Position numbers and translations under genes: made by a program
The notes under the pieces: generated by a model
Seen by the model: only the letters and a program-made list of their open reading frames with translations
Told to the model about the DNA's origin: nothing
Databases searched by the model: none
Source of the DNA: Magallana gigas
Taxonomy: Eukaryota
Length of the DNA: 64,000 bases
NCBI RefSeq assembly: GCF_963853765.1
Contig: NC_088858.1
Location: 53,568,001-53,632,000 of the forward strand
Reading direction: 5' to 3'
In this document: positions 24,501 to 36,795 of the stretch, in pieces
Layout: each line of letters opens with the position of its first letter
Numbering within the stretch: position 1 is the first letter of the stretch

Positions 24501-24997
24501 TCATTCTTGCAAGTCTTGCATACTAGCTGAGATGATTTAGTACAATGTAAACACATTTAGCATTTTCACGCCGCATAAACACAAATTTAAATATCATCAC
24601 GCTTTTAAAATATATTTATCATTGTAAGATTAAATGAAACGTTCGACGTTTTGACTTACAAAACCAATTTGATATGTACTTTTGAAAATAACAGTTTAAT
24701 CAAATCAATTTGTTAAATCCAATCTCAGCAAAGCTTCTCGCACTAAATGTTTGGTCGCAAAAGAGAACTTAGTAACATGTTAATATGGCTGTTTCGTGTA
24801 TGTTTCATATCCTTGACTAAGAACGTATACAGTTGCTTAAAAGCGACGATACAAATCAAATACTTCATACAAATAAACAGCGATTTGAATATAAATATAA
24901 GCATTGAAGGCTTATTTTCTAATGTCGTCGGTCGCCTTATAACATACCAAGGCTGTGCAGACAAATTGAATACCGCGCTTTAGCATTTAATAATTAA

Positions 24998-25710
24998 AGG
25001 AATTTGGACACGATTTGAGCTCAAAATTTTTAATTTATTTTCGATTTTTAATGTTTAGAATTGTTAATTTGAGTATTTTTAATGCTTTATCAAAATTTGA
25101 AAGTCAGATATTGAGTTACGGTTAAGCGGAATTTAGAGCTATATTTATTAAGGGTTTTGGCTATTAATAATATTTGTATTTTAATCCCATCAAGTTGGGA
25201 ATTCATAAATATGTATAATGAATGTAATATGAACAAGTATTTTATTTGTAGATCAATGTAACAACACATTACAAGTAAATTATTGGTATTAAAAGCTGAT
25301 ATGAATTCATAAAAGTATTTGGTCGCCATATTAGTTTCGATCGCTCATCATCTGCCACTGGGGCATATATACTGACCGAGAAAGTTACGTTTGGTTGCTT
25401 TCCGATCGAGGCATTCGGGTTGCACTTCCAAATGATTAAACTAAATTTTATAAACACATTAAACAAGTTTGCCTTGTTTCTTACGAGTTATTTTGTCAAA
25501 GCAATGGTATTTCCATACTTTACATTATTTGTTTAAAATGATAATACTCGAGCTTTGTTTATATAGCAATGAATTCTTACCATTGTATCTCTCTTACAAC
25601 TTAAATTATAACATTAAAATTTTGGTCAATCATTCAAAATGTGCAAGGAAACTATTTTATATCTAAAATATAAGAAATTAATTTTGATCTAAAATCGTGT
25701 CCAAGTTACA
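24998..25710. mobile_element. Degenerate TTAA-type (Kolobok-like) non-autonomous element
   Basis: TTAA-AGGAATTTGGACACGATTT ... AAATCGTGTCCAAGTTACA; imperfect TIRs, right TSD unclear. Confidence 0.5.
25121..25449 (+). repeat. ~330-bp dispersed repeat shared with 34,348-34,677 (non-syntenic to the cassette duplication)
   Basis: GTTAAGCGGRATTTAGAGCTATATTTATTAAGGG ... ATGATTAAACTAAATTTT nearly identical at both sites. Confidence 0.9.
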
Positions 25711-26439
25711 TAAAACTACCGTTGCTTAGAAAATATAATGGAAGAACTAGCACATATGTATCATGTCACTGGTATGAATAAAATTTTTCAACAACCTCAA
25801 AATATGTAGGTTTTTGAAATTGTTAGCTCTTTTACCTAAGCAACGAAATTCGATTGTCTTTAATATTGTACGTCATAACAACATTATTTTTAAGTGTTGT
25901 GGATTGTGAATTTATCATGGTCACAATTTAAAACTGTTCATTTGTTCATGAAATAAATTCTATAATTTGAAACGAATAATGTTTATTTTTTGCCCCGATA
26001 AATTGACAAAAAATAAATTTTGTAATTTCTTTCTTATTTTTATTAATTTCATCTTTGATATATGTACCCACATGTTATTCTTTTTTATTCACGATGAGGC
26101 AATCATTTGGAATTTTTGCAGTATTATTTATGGCAGGGGTTCGTTTTTTACATACGTTCCCCCAAAAACGTTTAGTTATGCCACATACATACAAGTGCAT
26201 TTAGATACAGTTTTCTCTTTAGCTGGTCAATGCATTTTTTCAAAATAAATCAATATTTGTGAAAGGAAAGAAAATATACTTTGCTGTGAATGCATTCATA
26301 TGTAACTTTTTATAAGATGCAAAAGTCAAGTTGGCCTCCATTATTACAAATTGATGTTTATCTAGTGTGACCTCGTTTAAGTTCTCATAATTGTACTTGT
26401 CTGAACCCGGCATGATAAAAATTTCGATGAGACTATTAA

Positions 26440-27780
26440 GTAAGTAAGTAAGTTATTTATTTATTTATCTATAGTGACATGTGTATACATTTCCAGGTGT
26501 TATATTACCAATAGTCAGCATAGATTAAACACCCAGCCCGTCGGGCCTATATGCCACTTTGAACACATAATACATGAAAAAAGAAAAGAAAATAGCACAG
26601 CATCAAGCGGTAAACAAAGATATGATTGAAAATAATCATTTATAAGTATAATGCTTCCTTTATAACCTTGAGTTTGCATAGTTTATATAATACAGTATAC
26701 GTTTATTTTCGGAACAATAAAGATTGTCTACGTGTAAAAGAATGATATAAGTATTTGGCAACCTGCCGAGGATAATTTGAAATAAGAACAATTATTGCCT
26801 CTGTATCTGACAAATCTAGTAATTGATAAAACCCATTTTTTTTTCGAAAAGGATTCTTCTATAGTCGTTATATAAAGGACAATGTAATAAAAAGTGAATT
26901 TCGATTTCTATACTATTTTTACAACAAAAAGTACAAATTCGCTCTTCAACGGGTTCACCGTGGTATCTACCCATCTCAATTCTCAATGGTAAAATCCCAC
27001 ATCTAAACTGAGCCAAAATTGATCGCAGATATTTAGGCATATCTAGAACTACATAATTTTCTCTACCAAAAACTTTTTTAAAAAGTGCATAAGTACGTAG
27101 ATTTGGAATATTGCTAATCTCACTGTTCCAGAAATTTGAATAGAAAAAGTGTATTTTTGATTGAACTATATTTGTGTCTACGATCATTCTATTGTCAAAG
27201 TAGTAATCTAAATCTAAACAGTGAAAAATTTCTTTTAAATCACTACACCAATTATTCCTACATCTGTGGTAATCAATTTCAAATTTATTTCTTGTGATCC
27301 GTTCATTGTCAAAGGACAACACTCTATTCCAATATCTAATTACATTAATCCAACGTCTATATTGACTAGGTATCCGTCCAGTGTCTCCATAAACCGACAA
27401 AGTCGGCGCAAAACGATGAACTCCAAGAAAATAAAGAATTGCTCTATTTTGAATATTATCTATCGATTGAATTTTTTTGGACCCCCCAGACACTGGATGC
27501 ATAGTGCAAAACTGGAATGACACATAAGTAGAATAATTTCTCGTATGAGTTAAACCTAAAGTCTTTATTATTATGTATTGAGGAAATAATCTTCCCAAGA
27601 GCACGCCCCCCTGCTTTAGCTAGCCTTTCTCCATTTTCCACAAAGTTTCCTGAGTAAGTAAATGTTATTCCCAGATTCTTATAATTATCAACTGTTTCTA
27701 GTTTATTTGACCCAATTTATTTATGGAATGAACCTTCATTTTTGCACACGAATTGTTTTGTAAATTGTATTTTTAACGGG
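26440..27780 (-). mobile_element. 3' portion of a non-LTR retrotransposon with a C-terminal CCHC zinc finger; clade not resolved
   Basis: Frameshifted ORFs LETVDNYKNLGITF, LFYLCVIPVLHYASSVWG, IQNRAILYFLGV, AQFRCGILPLRIEMGRY..RICTFC..EIHFLLHCPLY; (TAAA)n/(CTTA)n tail at about 26,440-26,468. Confidence 0.85.
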
Positions 27781-28284
27781 GGCTATTTCCGGTTGTTAAG
27801 TATTTCCTCAATTGGTGAGATTATGTCGATAAACAATGTCACTTGATATTCAAACGAGTATTGACCAATCTTCTTATACATATCTGCTATCGACTAAGGC
27901 CCAACAATTTTATTCATTGGAAGGACAGTCTTATAAACGATAAGGAAATTCACGATAACTAGGTCTACAAAATCATCATGAATGCATCAAACATTGCAAT
28001 GAACAATGACCCAAGCATCATTTTTTTAAAGTTTTCACTTGAAAATTATCAAACTTCTATAATTCATTATATAGAAAAGGGCTAATGACATACGGATTGG
28101 GAAATCATCCTTTAAAAATTTATAACATGCTGTAAGGGAATTTTTTAATTAAATTTTATTTATTGATATTAAAAAAAATCGGTTGCTATTCGTCACTTTC
28201 GGATTTTTTAAATTAATTATAAAAATGACATGTGGTAATAGCGAACAGTGTTGAAAATCAAAAGACCAAAGGAAAAAACTAAAT

Positions 28285-28480
28285 AGGATCAGAGCAAACA
28301 CGGACTTCTAAAATAAATAGAATTAGAATCAGGTGTCATGGAGGAGTGAGCATCCTTTCCTAACCGCTCACACCCGCCGTGTGTTCTTTGTCGTAATCAT
28401 GAAAACGGAAAAGTCAGTAGACAATTAGGTGATTAATTATGGTCTGACAATAAGTATGAAAAACGCCAGTCAAAAACGCC
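28285..28480. repeat. Unclassified dispersed repeat (AGAGCAAACACGGAC...GAGGAGTGAGCATCC...CACACCCGCCGTG)
   Basis: Partial copies at 265-390, about 14,350-14,412 and about 40,250-40,310; family not assignable from memory. Confidence 0.55.
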
Positions 28481-28926
28481 TGTCAGCATGCAGCCCAGTG
28501 GAAGATTGTATTTGCTGAAAAGATCGTTGTATTGACAATAGAATTTACGGAAATGTGAGTTCAATCGAGATTGTTGATATTTTCTGTTTTAACAACTTGT
28601 TTATCAGTAACTTATAAATAAGATTCCAGGGTGAAATGTTTATGTCAAGGCCTGATCCATGATCTTTATGAAAGGTGTGATAAATTTCATGATGTTCTTT
28701 TTTTGATTGCAGATATGCACCACAAAAAAGAAAATGATCCGAGATGTTTTGGAAAAGTGAGATAAAGTGCGATGATACAGAGAATGTGTTACAAGCGCAT
28801 GCCATTGTTTGTATCAAGGATGCACAAACCCTTAAAGTCATAGCAAGATAGGATATAAATATGTAATCGTATTGCTTTATCAAAATTGTTTTGTCAAAAA
28901 AGAAACAAAGACTTCTTCTTTTCAAG

Positions 28927-30582
28927 TCACTCAAGATATTTGATGATTTTGATGCAGTTGTTGTCACATTCTCCGACCCAAAGATTTTCGTTTTCATCCA
29001 AGCTCAAAACAAACGGATCCTCCAAACCACACGTGATGTATCGTAAGAACTTTCCGTTTCTGTCGGTTACATGAACGCAGTTATTATCTCGATCTACGAC
29101 CAAGATACGACAGTAACTGTCCGTTGCGATTCCGTGGGGATAGAACTCTTTGAAGCTACAAGACCGATTTCCTGCATAGCGAAAGCGAAATTCTCCAGAC
29201 TTTTTCATTGAAATCACAGCGCATGCGTTCCAGTCAGAAACACATATGTCACCATTTCCGTTTTCACAAATATACATATTGTTTCGGCTGATAGAAAATA
29301 ATGGTTTCCCAGTTTCATCAAATTGGAATTCTTGGTTTAATTTTCCTTTGGTGAAAAAACCCACTTTACTTTCTGTATAATCATTACGTCGCATACAGAC
29401 CATCAACTCTCCGTCTGAATTGAACATAAGGCCATATGGAATCCAGCCAGCCATATCGACATACTTCTCAAATCCATTTTTCTTTACAAGATAAATACAC
29501 TCGTTAACTTTGTGAGAAAATGCAATATGACCATCTTTACTCAAAGCTATATCCTTCTGACTGTTTCCAGACACAGCATTGAAGCATTGTAACGTAGAAC
29601 CCGATTTGTCTAGCTGTCTAATCTTTTCATCATCTCCATAAATCCAAACCTTGTCATCAGACTCGCAGCGGATTCCTTTCAATTTTTTGCTATATGTGAA
29701 CATAACTGAAATGAGTGCTGGATTCTCAACTAATACACGGGTCGATACCATTGAAACATCGCCCGTTTTGGTTATTGTAATATCTGGAAGAGAAGATTGA
29801 AAAGATGACCTGAGAGACACAATTTGCTCAATGATTGTCTCTTTCCTGGTGTCTGGGAATATCAGTGTTGGGGGGCTGACTTCTTTCCTGGATGGAACAA
29901 GTCGTAATTCCTCTACGTCTGACTTGTAATCGAGCACCTGAAAGGAGTTTTCTTCTTTAAGAATGTATTCATTTCTCTCGATGCATTGTTTCACTCTCTG
30001 ATATGAAGATTGTATTTTCTCTACGTTGTCTTGCAAAATCTGCAGGTCTTGTTTGATCATGTCGGCCAGTTGATTTTCGATTTTTTCTATTGCATTATCA
30101 ATGATTTTGTGCCAGACTTGTCCTAATTTCTTTAGAGAACCATTTTCTTTATCGCAATGATCCTTGTATGATATAACCATCCTTTCCATATCTTTCACAA
30201 TTTTTGAATACTCTCTCTCAAAGTGATATAACTCTTTTAAATCTTCTGTGACGGAGTTTCGAGTTATTTTACATATTTCCTCCAAATCCACTGCCCCGTG
30301 TCTTTTGTGATTTCCGGTTAGACACCGTGAGCAGATTGGAACGTTACAGTCTTGGCAGTAGAGATCCTTCTCTTGTTTTGGATGATCCTCGCATTTCTGT
30401 ACCTTATATTCCTGTTTCAGATGCTGGGAAGTGAACGGGACAATTTCATGCTTTGTTAATGTGTTTTTGTCATTGTGTTTGTTCCTACAGTTTCCACAAA
30501 GGTTAACGTGACAACTTTTGCAATAATGTTGTACAACATCTGTACAAAGATCGCATCGAACGACATCCTGGGCTGTATTCAT
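28927..30582 (-). CDS. Paralog A2: RING-less TRIM-NHL-like protein, 551 aa
   Basis: Intact ORF; about 27 aa differences from A1 by manual count. Confidence 0.9.
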   Translation of the reverse strand: MNTAQDVVRCDLCTDVVQHYCKSCHVNLCGNCRNKHNDKNTLTKHEIVPFTSQHLKQEYKVQKCEDHPKQEKDLYCQDCNVPICSRCLTGNHKRHGAVDLEEICKITRNSVTEDLKELYHFEREYSKIVKDMERMVISYKDHCDKENGSLKKLGQVWHKIIDNAIEKIENQLADMIKQDLQILQDNVEKIQSSYQRVKQCIERNEYILKEENSFQVLDYKSDVEELRLVPSRKEVSPPTLIFPDTRKETIIEQIVSLRSSFQSSLPDITITKTGDVSMVSTRVLVENPALISVMFTYSKKLKGIRCESDDKVWIYGDDEKIRQLDKSGSTLQCFNAVSGNSQKDIALSKDGHIAFSHKVNECIYLVKKNGFEKYVDMAGWIPYGLMFNSDGELMVCMRRNDYTESKVGFFTKGKLNQEFQFDETGKPLFSISRNNMYICENGNGDICVSDWNACAVISMKKSGEFRFRYAGNRSCSFKEFYPHGIATDSYCRILVVDRDNNCVHVTDRNGKFLRYITCGLEDPFVLSLDENENLWVGECDNNCIKIIKYLE

Positions 30583-31485
30583 GGCCTTATTATTCAGATA
30601 ACCTAAAGTAAAATTGAGAATATTTCGAATCTAGTTTATCATTATTTAATAACTGTAAATCTAATGGTGAAAATGCACTTACCTTATCAAAAAATTTGTA
30701 AATGCTAAGCAGAGCATCACTTAACAGAGTCCAAACAATACCGTTTAAACAGCATATTTGATGTTTTCCTGTTTGAAATATTTAAAATAAAACTTACCCT
30801 GTATGTTCTTTTGTATTTTTGTTCCTTGATGAAACAGCATCCGTTTTAACAGCCTTTTCTAAGTATCTTAACATGCTCTGTAGATGCAAATACTTCCCTG
30901 TGCAGCGTGTTTTGACAAAAATACTTATAAAATACGAGAAAATTAACCTCTAATAAATCCCCATTTTGAACTTTTATAATTTCGAAGCTATTCATGATTT
31001 GTCTTTAAGTGTTAATCCATGTGTCATCAAACACAAAATATTTATAATGACTTGATTCAAAGAAGTTCTTGTAGAAAACGGTTTTCAAAATCTTGGTCTA
31101 TAAAATTCAGTGCAAATCGGAGTTATCCTTACAAGTCTGTTTTCAATCTAACTGATATGAATAAACCAAAGCGGCACGTAACAGTTTTTACATGCAATTG
31201 GTGAATGATTACAATCAAAATATTTTGGTTTGCAATTCTCTGGGGTTTTTTACTTAGTTTTGTAAGAAATCGCAACTTAGCCTCCTAGAATATAATCAAT
31301 TGCACTGCAAAAAGCATTTTTCACGTCTTTAAAAGTTGAATTTGTCGCTCCAAATCACATGGAAGACATTGTTCTTTGGGGAAGATATTAACACAGAACC
31401 CCTCATCTAATTAAACCTTCATTATTGATATTAATGAGGAGGCATTACATTCCTGGCAGGAATATGAATATTTTTTAGTATTTAA

Positions 31486-32436
31486 AGAGGTTCGCTCCTT
31501 AGGTTTTGGGTAGCCATTTTGGGTCACCTCTAGTCTGAAAATTCTGCATATTAATTCTAGTAGTATATCTACATTTTACACAGCCAAAAAAACTTTATTG
31601 AATAAAATTGTTCAAAAAAATACATTTTTACAGAGTTTCGAAAGGGACTATATTTTGTGGCGGAAGGTTTTCAAGAAGGTAATGAACAATTCTCATAAAC
31701 CACTAGTTTAAGAGTACTGTTACTGTATCTTCCCAATTTTCAGCGCAGACCGAACTTCTAGATAGTTTGTGTATTACGATATATTCGTTTTGATCTAAAA
31801 ACATATTTAAGCAATATTTTGAGATTAATATTGATATATTTTGGCATATTTTGCTTATGTATAATAGAAGTTAAGAAAAAAATATCTCCAATTTTGGCCT
31901 AAAATTAGCTTATTTCATGCTATATCTCAATTTTTTAGATGTGACCCCAACTTGTTTTACTTTTAGATGAGACATTAAATGTATTTCTTTTTGTATGCAA
32001 AGTTTTGGAAAGATGACATTTCTATATTTGTTTTATTTGCGTTATAATTTGATTGCTTCAAAATTTTGTAACATCTGTTGTTGTGTTCATGATGTACTGG
32101 CCTTTTAAGCCACCAGTAAAGCAAGGATTTTTAAACTTTGACTTAGATTTTACTTTTATAGTCAGGTGTTCAACTTTATATTGTATTAAAATCATAACTA
32201 AATAATAGTTCAAACTATAAAAATTTGTTTGATTTCTTCAAATCATCAATTACCATGTCAAATGTTAGCAAAAAATTCAGAAAAACTATTTTTTTTTTGT
32301 TTGGGGCCCTATATTTCCAAAAAATGCCATGTGACATGGGTCACAAATAAATTAAATGAACATTTTAGGTGCCCATCTTTATATCCAAGAGGTTTTCGGA
32401 TGATTGACATTACTATTATTTCAGGTGCCAACATCC
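31486..32436. mobile_element. Probable TTAA-flanked DNA element inside a ~1-kb segment present only in copy 2
   Basis: TTAA-AGAGGTTCGCTCC ... GGTGCCAACATCC-TTAA (9/13 TIR match); absent at the paralogous site, about 4,248. Confidence 0.4.
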
Positions 32437-35400
32437 TTAAGATATGATATTTTTATTACGTGATCGAGTTGGGCTTTATCATGGACAGCATAAGGTAAAT
32501 TTTACAAGTCAGCAAACACATGTATTTTTCCGTCATTTAAAATTGATGCAAATTGTAGCGTGTATGGCTTTAACAAGTCGAGACCACTGAATTTTGTAAC
32601 GTCGGCATAAAGTTGCATACAAAATTAGCTATATGTTTACTTTTATTGACAAACCAATCAGGTGAATGAGTTGCAAGGCATTGTGGGCTAGTACAAGTTT
32701 CAGTGTATACAAAGCGTATTGAAATTCTATATTATTTTGAATTGTTTTTTTGAAGCTCGTTTTCAGAATTAATGAAATAAATGTTACTAATATAAATTCG
32801 TACATCTGTCATACCATTCATATCCCTAGAAGCGTTAATAAACTAAGAAGTGAAAACCCACACAATTCATACAAGGGAAAATAATTAAATTATGATTAAT
32901 GTTTTTATGATATTAAATCACATTGATATATATTGATATAATTACCGATCGAGGTATCGTCATAACTAACGAGAGTGATTTACCCGAGTTTCCTCGACGA
33001 CACATTTGGTCTTATGGTTCCATGCATCGTTTAAACCCTTTCGTTGCATTAAGTTCCTCAATCACAACTCCCTCTATTGCCTTTCGATAATAGCGAGCGC
33101 AGCTCGCCGGCGCGCAGCGCCGGCTAGCGAAGCGAGCTCTAAGAACCAGTGTGCGCGGGAAAAAGAACGAGCTAAACCTACAGTTCATCAAACAAAATTT
33201 TTTGTCTACGTCCCATAATGCTCTCTAATGTTTTCACCCGTGGTGCTATGCCAAAAATGGCCGACTTTTAACTCGTAATTTACGGTGTCTTAAGGTTTGA
33301 AGACACGTTTTGAGTACCGCATTAGCTTTGGCGAGACTCAGAAGATTTGTTACATGCTTCCATACCTTCGTATTGAGTCGAGAAACGTAAACAAAGACGA
33401 ACAAAGTCATTGATGACGTCACACTGCACTCGCGATAAATTTAGAGGTGGATCAAACATCTGTAATGAGTCTTCTGTACTGGCTATTTCAGTATAGTCTC
33501 CGACACATGCCTCATTGACATATCTTTTTTTAATATAGAGATTTTATATATATATACTAGCAAGAGCCATACTTTACTGCCATATCGATCCATTTTTAAA
33601 CTAATTGTGCATGCATGTACAGTAGGCAGGTAAGTATATGAGTAGGGAGGAAATAAACAATAGGACATTTTGAACTATATAAAAAGGAATAAAATAAAAA
33701 TAAACAGGTAAAAAAATTATGTAGATATTGCATATAGTCAGACCATTAAATTTAAAAGTGGGAAATTACACACCTACAAACAGGTACAGGGCTCTCTCTC
33801 TCTCTCTGGGTAGGGGGTTGCGCTGTATGTATCATAACCATTAAAATTAGTACCTTTGGCATACTTAATGTAGAGCAATACTCTCTCAAAAATTCTTTGA
33901 TGTTCGTTGATACCTAAAACTATAAGTTGACAATGATGCAAGGTACAGTATGTGTAATTCTTGCTGCGCTCGCCAGAACGGTAGCACCGTAAAACATATT
34001 ACATATCGTCAAAACGCCGTTATTCACGTGTTTCAGTTCTCCCATCATGTTTACTGCTTTCCCCATAATGGCGGGTTTGTATAGCATGCGGTATGACGTC
34101 ATAACGGCCGAGCCCAATGCTTTATAACCGCCTGCCAGCTGATTTTAGAGCAAACGGTCAAGTCAACTTTTGGACAGCAGCCATACTTTGGGAAATGGCC
34201 GACGAAATATCCCGTTGGGTAAATGCTTAATTATTTGGCAGTGGGAGCTGATGAAATAATCTTATTTGATCAATCAATTTATTATACTTAAGTTTATAGG
34301 CAATATATAAAGGGGGAGGATTATTTTAGGAACGGGACTCCCGCACTGTTAAGCGGGATTTAGAGCTATATTTATTAAGGGTTTTGGCTATTTATAATAT
34401 TTGTATTTTAATCCCATCAAGTTGGGAATTCATTTAATATGTACAATGAATGTAATTTGAACAAGTATTTTATTTGTAGATCAATGTAACAACACAATCC
34501 AAGTAAATTATTGGTATTAAAAGCTGATATGAATTCATAAAAATATTTGGTCGCCATATTAGTTTCGATCGCTCATCATCTGCCACTGGGGCATATATAC
34601 TGACCGAGAAAGTTACGTTTGGTTGCTTTCCGATCGAGGCATTCGGGTTGCACTTCCAAATGATTAAACTAAATTTTGTAGTTATAAGGTTTTAAAAAGG
34701 AGTAAAGAGAACTATAATCAATAAAACAGAAAAGATGGTTAATTGTTTGTAAAAATTCCAAGGTATTCGCATTTTATTTTGCATAGATAGTGTGCTTTAA
34801 TTCCCGTGCACATTAAACATATTTCCGTTCGCAAATATGTTTCTTTTTCGAGCCTATGGAATAGCAAAAGTCTTAATTCTGTTAAAATTTTAACAAAGTC
34901 ATAATGATAACTACATGCGCTATGATTTGACAGCGTCATTGTTGTAAACATAAAACACTCTTTAAAAAGTTAAAAATTCTGGACGATTTGCTTTTCTTAA
35001 ACAAAATCGTAAGAAGCAAACAGCGATGTTAAAAATTCATCGTAACATGAACATGGTTGGTCACCTGATCAAATCCCGTGGGGCTTAAACGGCTTTTCTG
35101 AAGATTTGATCACGTACATACCTATAAAACGTCCAAAAAGATTCGAATGTGGTTGGTACGTGATCATATCTTCTGAGAATTCCTTCAGGCCCAAGAGTAT
35201 TTGAATACGTGACTAACCAACTTCATATCCCGTAAGCGTTTGGTTTTTTTAAGTCTAAAAATAGTCAAGATCATCCAGCTTTTATAAAATAAATATGTTT
35301 TATGGCAAATCAAAAAAAAACCAGGTGTATCAAGACAGTGAATAAATAACTCTTGTTTATGTTCAGTTTAATAATAGTAAGGAAAATATTTATTTAAGTA

Positions 35401-36795
35401 TAAGGATTACAAAAATCCATATAAATATTATATGATGTACGTATATCCCACTGCCTAGTAGGCGGGCTTGTCTGCTTTTTATACAGCTTTTTCAATGAAC
35501 ATTGTTACAGCATATAAAATTGTTTACATGTTATTTAAGCATACGGTAACAAGGAAGAAGATAAAATTACAAGATAAACATGTACAAGTATATTGAAAAA
35601 AGCACAAAATGAGTTTATATACGAAATAATACTTCACATTTGATTACGACGTAATGAAAACAGGTAACTGAAACAGGGAAAAATTGTTAGGTGTGTATAA
35701 AGTAGAATCAGATCTCCTTTGCATGAATAGAATTAGAACGACACGCTTGTTTTCCAGTATTAAGATTTCTTCCTGTACATTATCTTGAATATCAAAGGTT
35801 TGTCTGCTGACATTTCCTTATGAAGCATGTTTATATCATTTATTCTGATGCAGAATGTTTCAGATATTTCGATGTACATGTAGCAGGTTTCAATATCAAG
35901 AAAAAGAATGATAACTTTTTCAATGTTTTACTATTGAAATTATTGATTGACAAGCATATCTTTTAAAAAGACTGGTGAGCTAGCGCTGTAACCATCATAA
36001 ATCACAGAAGCAGGTTTTAAAAACATTGGTTTAAATTTCTGCATCGATTAATTAACAATAGGAAGGCACAGTGGTGTACTGAAATTGTGCTGGAGTGGGG
36101 TCTCAATTTAGAATTGTGAATCTAGTGTGGGCTTCACATTGGCAATGGCATAGCTCATTGACTGTGCCTTAATCATTATGTATTTAAAATTTTAAAGAAC
36201 AATTCGTACTGTTTTGTAGCAATCGTATTGTCTCGGGCCTTTCCGGCAAGCTCGGAAAACATTATCCGAGGTTGTTTTCCGAGCTTGAAGGAATAAAGCT
36301 AGCTATTCATCATAATATTTAAAATAACTTTGCTTTATAAGACCTAAGCTACTGTTACTTTTTGACATTTACAATAGAACACAAAACTTCTTGTGAAGAT
36401 AAAAAAACGAAATTAAAATGGTACAGTTTATCTACAGTAGTACAGTAGTCCCAGAATCTTTTACTATGGAGTCGAGCATGCGTATTCCAATGAAGAAGAC
36501 TAACGTAGTTGCTAGCGCTCGAGAGCGCAATAATGTGTATGTACAATTGAATTTCAAAACTTCTCCATCAAATAGCCGTTTAATACCTTCTTATTTTTTA
36601 ACCCTTTTAAACTGTGTCTTCCCTTACAGGCATCGTTATGGGTTTTTTCTTACTATGAACATGTTTATGTTTCGCCTATTTTTAATCATAAGATACTTAT
36701 AAGTTAAAAAAACCCAAATAGACTTAATTTTTAACAACAATTTAGAAAAAACCATTGCGCAGAACTGCTTCATTGAGATATGTTTGTATTATTAA

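Noticed and set aside
28320-28390. HDV-like ribozyme in the CTCCTCC-containing dispersed repeat
   Set aside because: A P3/L3-like hairpin is possible, but no P1 partner or P1.1 GG could be placed.
34240-34290. Hammerhead ribozyme core CTGATGA (also at about 47,896, 39,203 minus, 50,445 minus)
   Set aside because: No properly placed GAAA with stems I-III.
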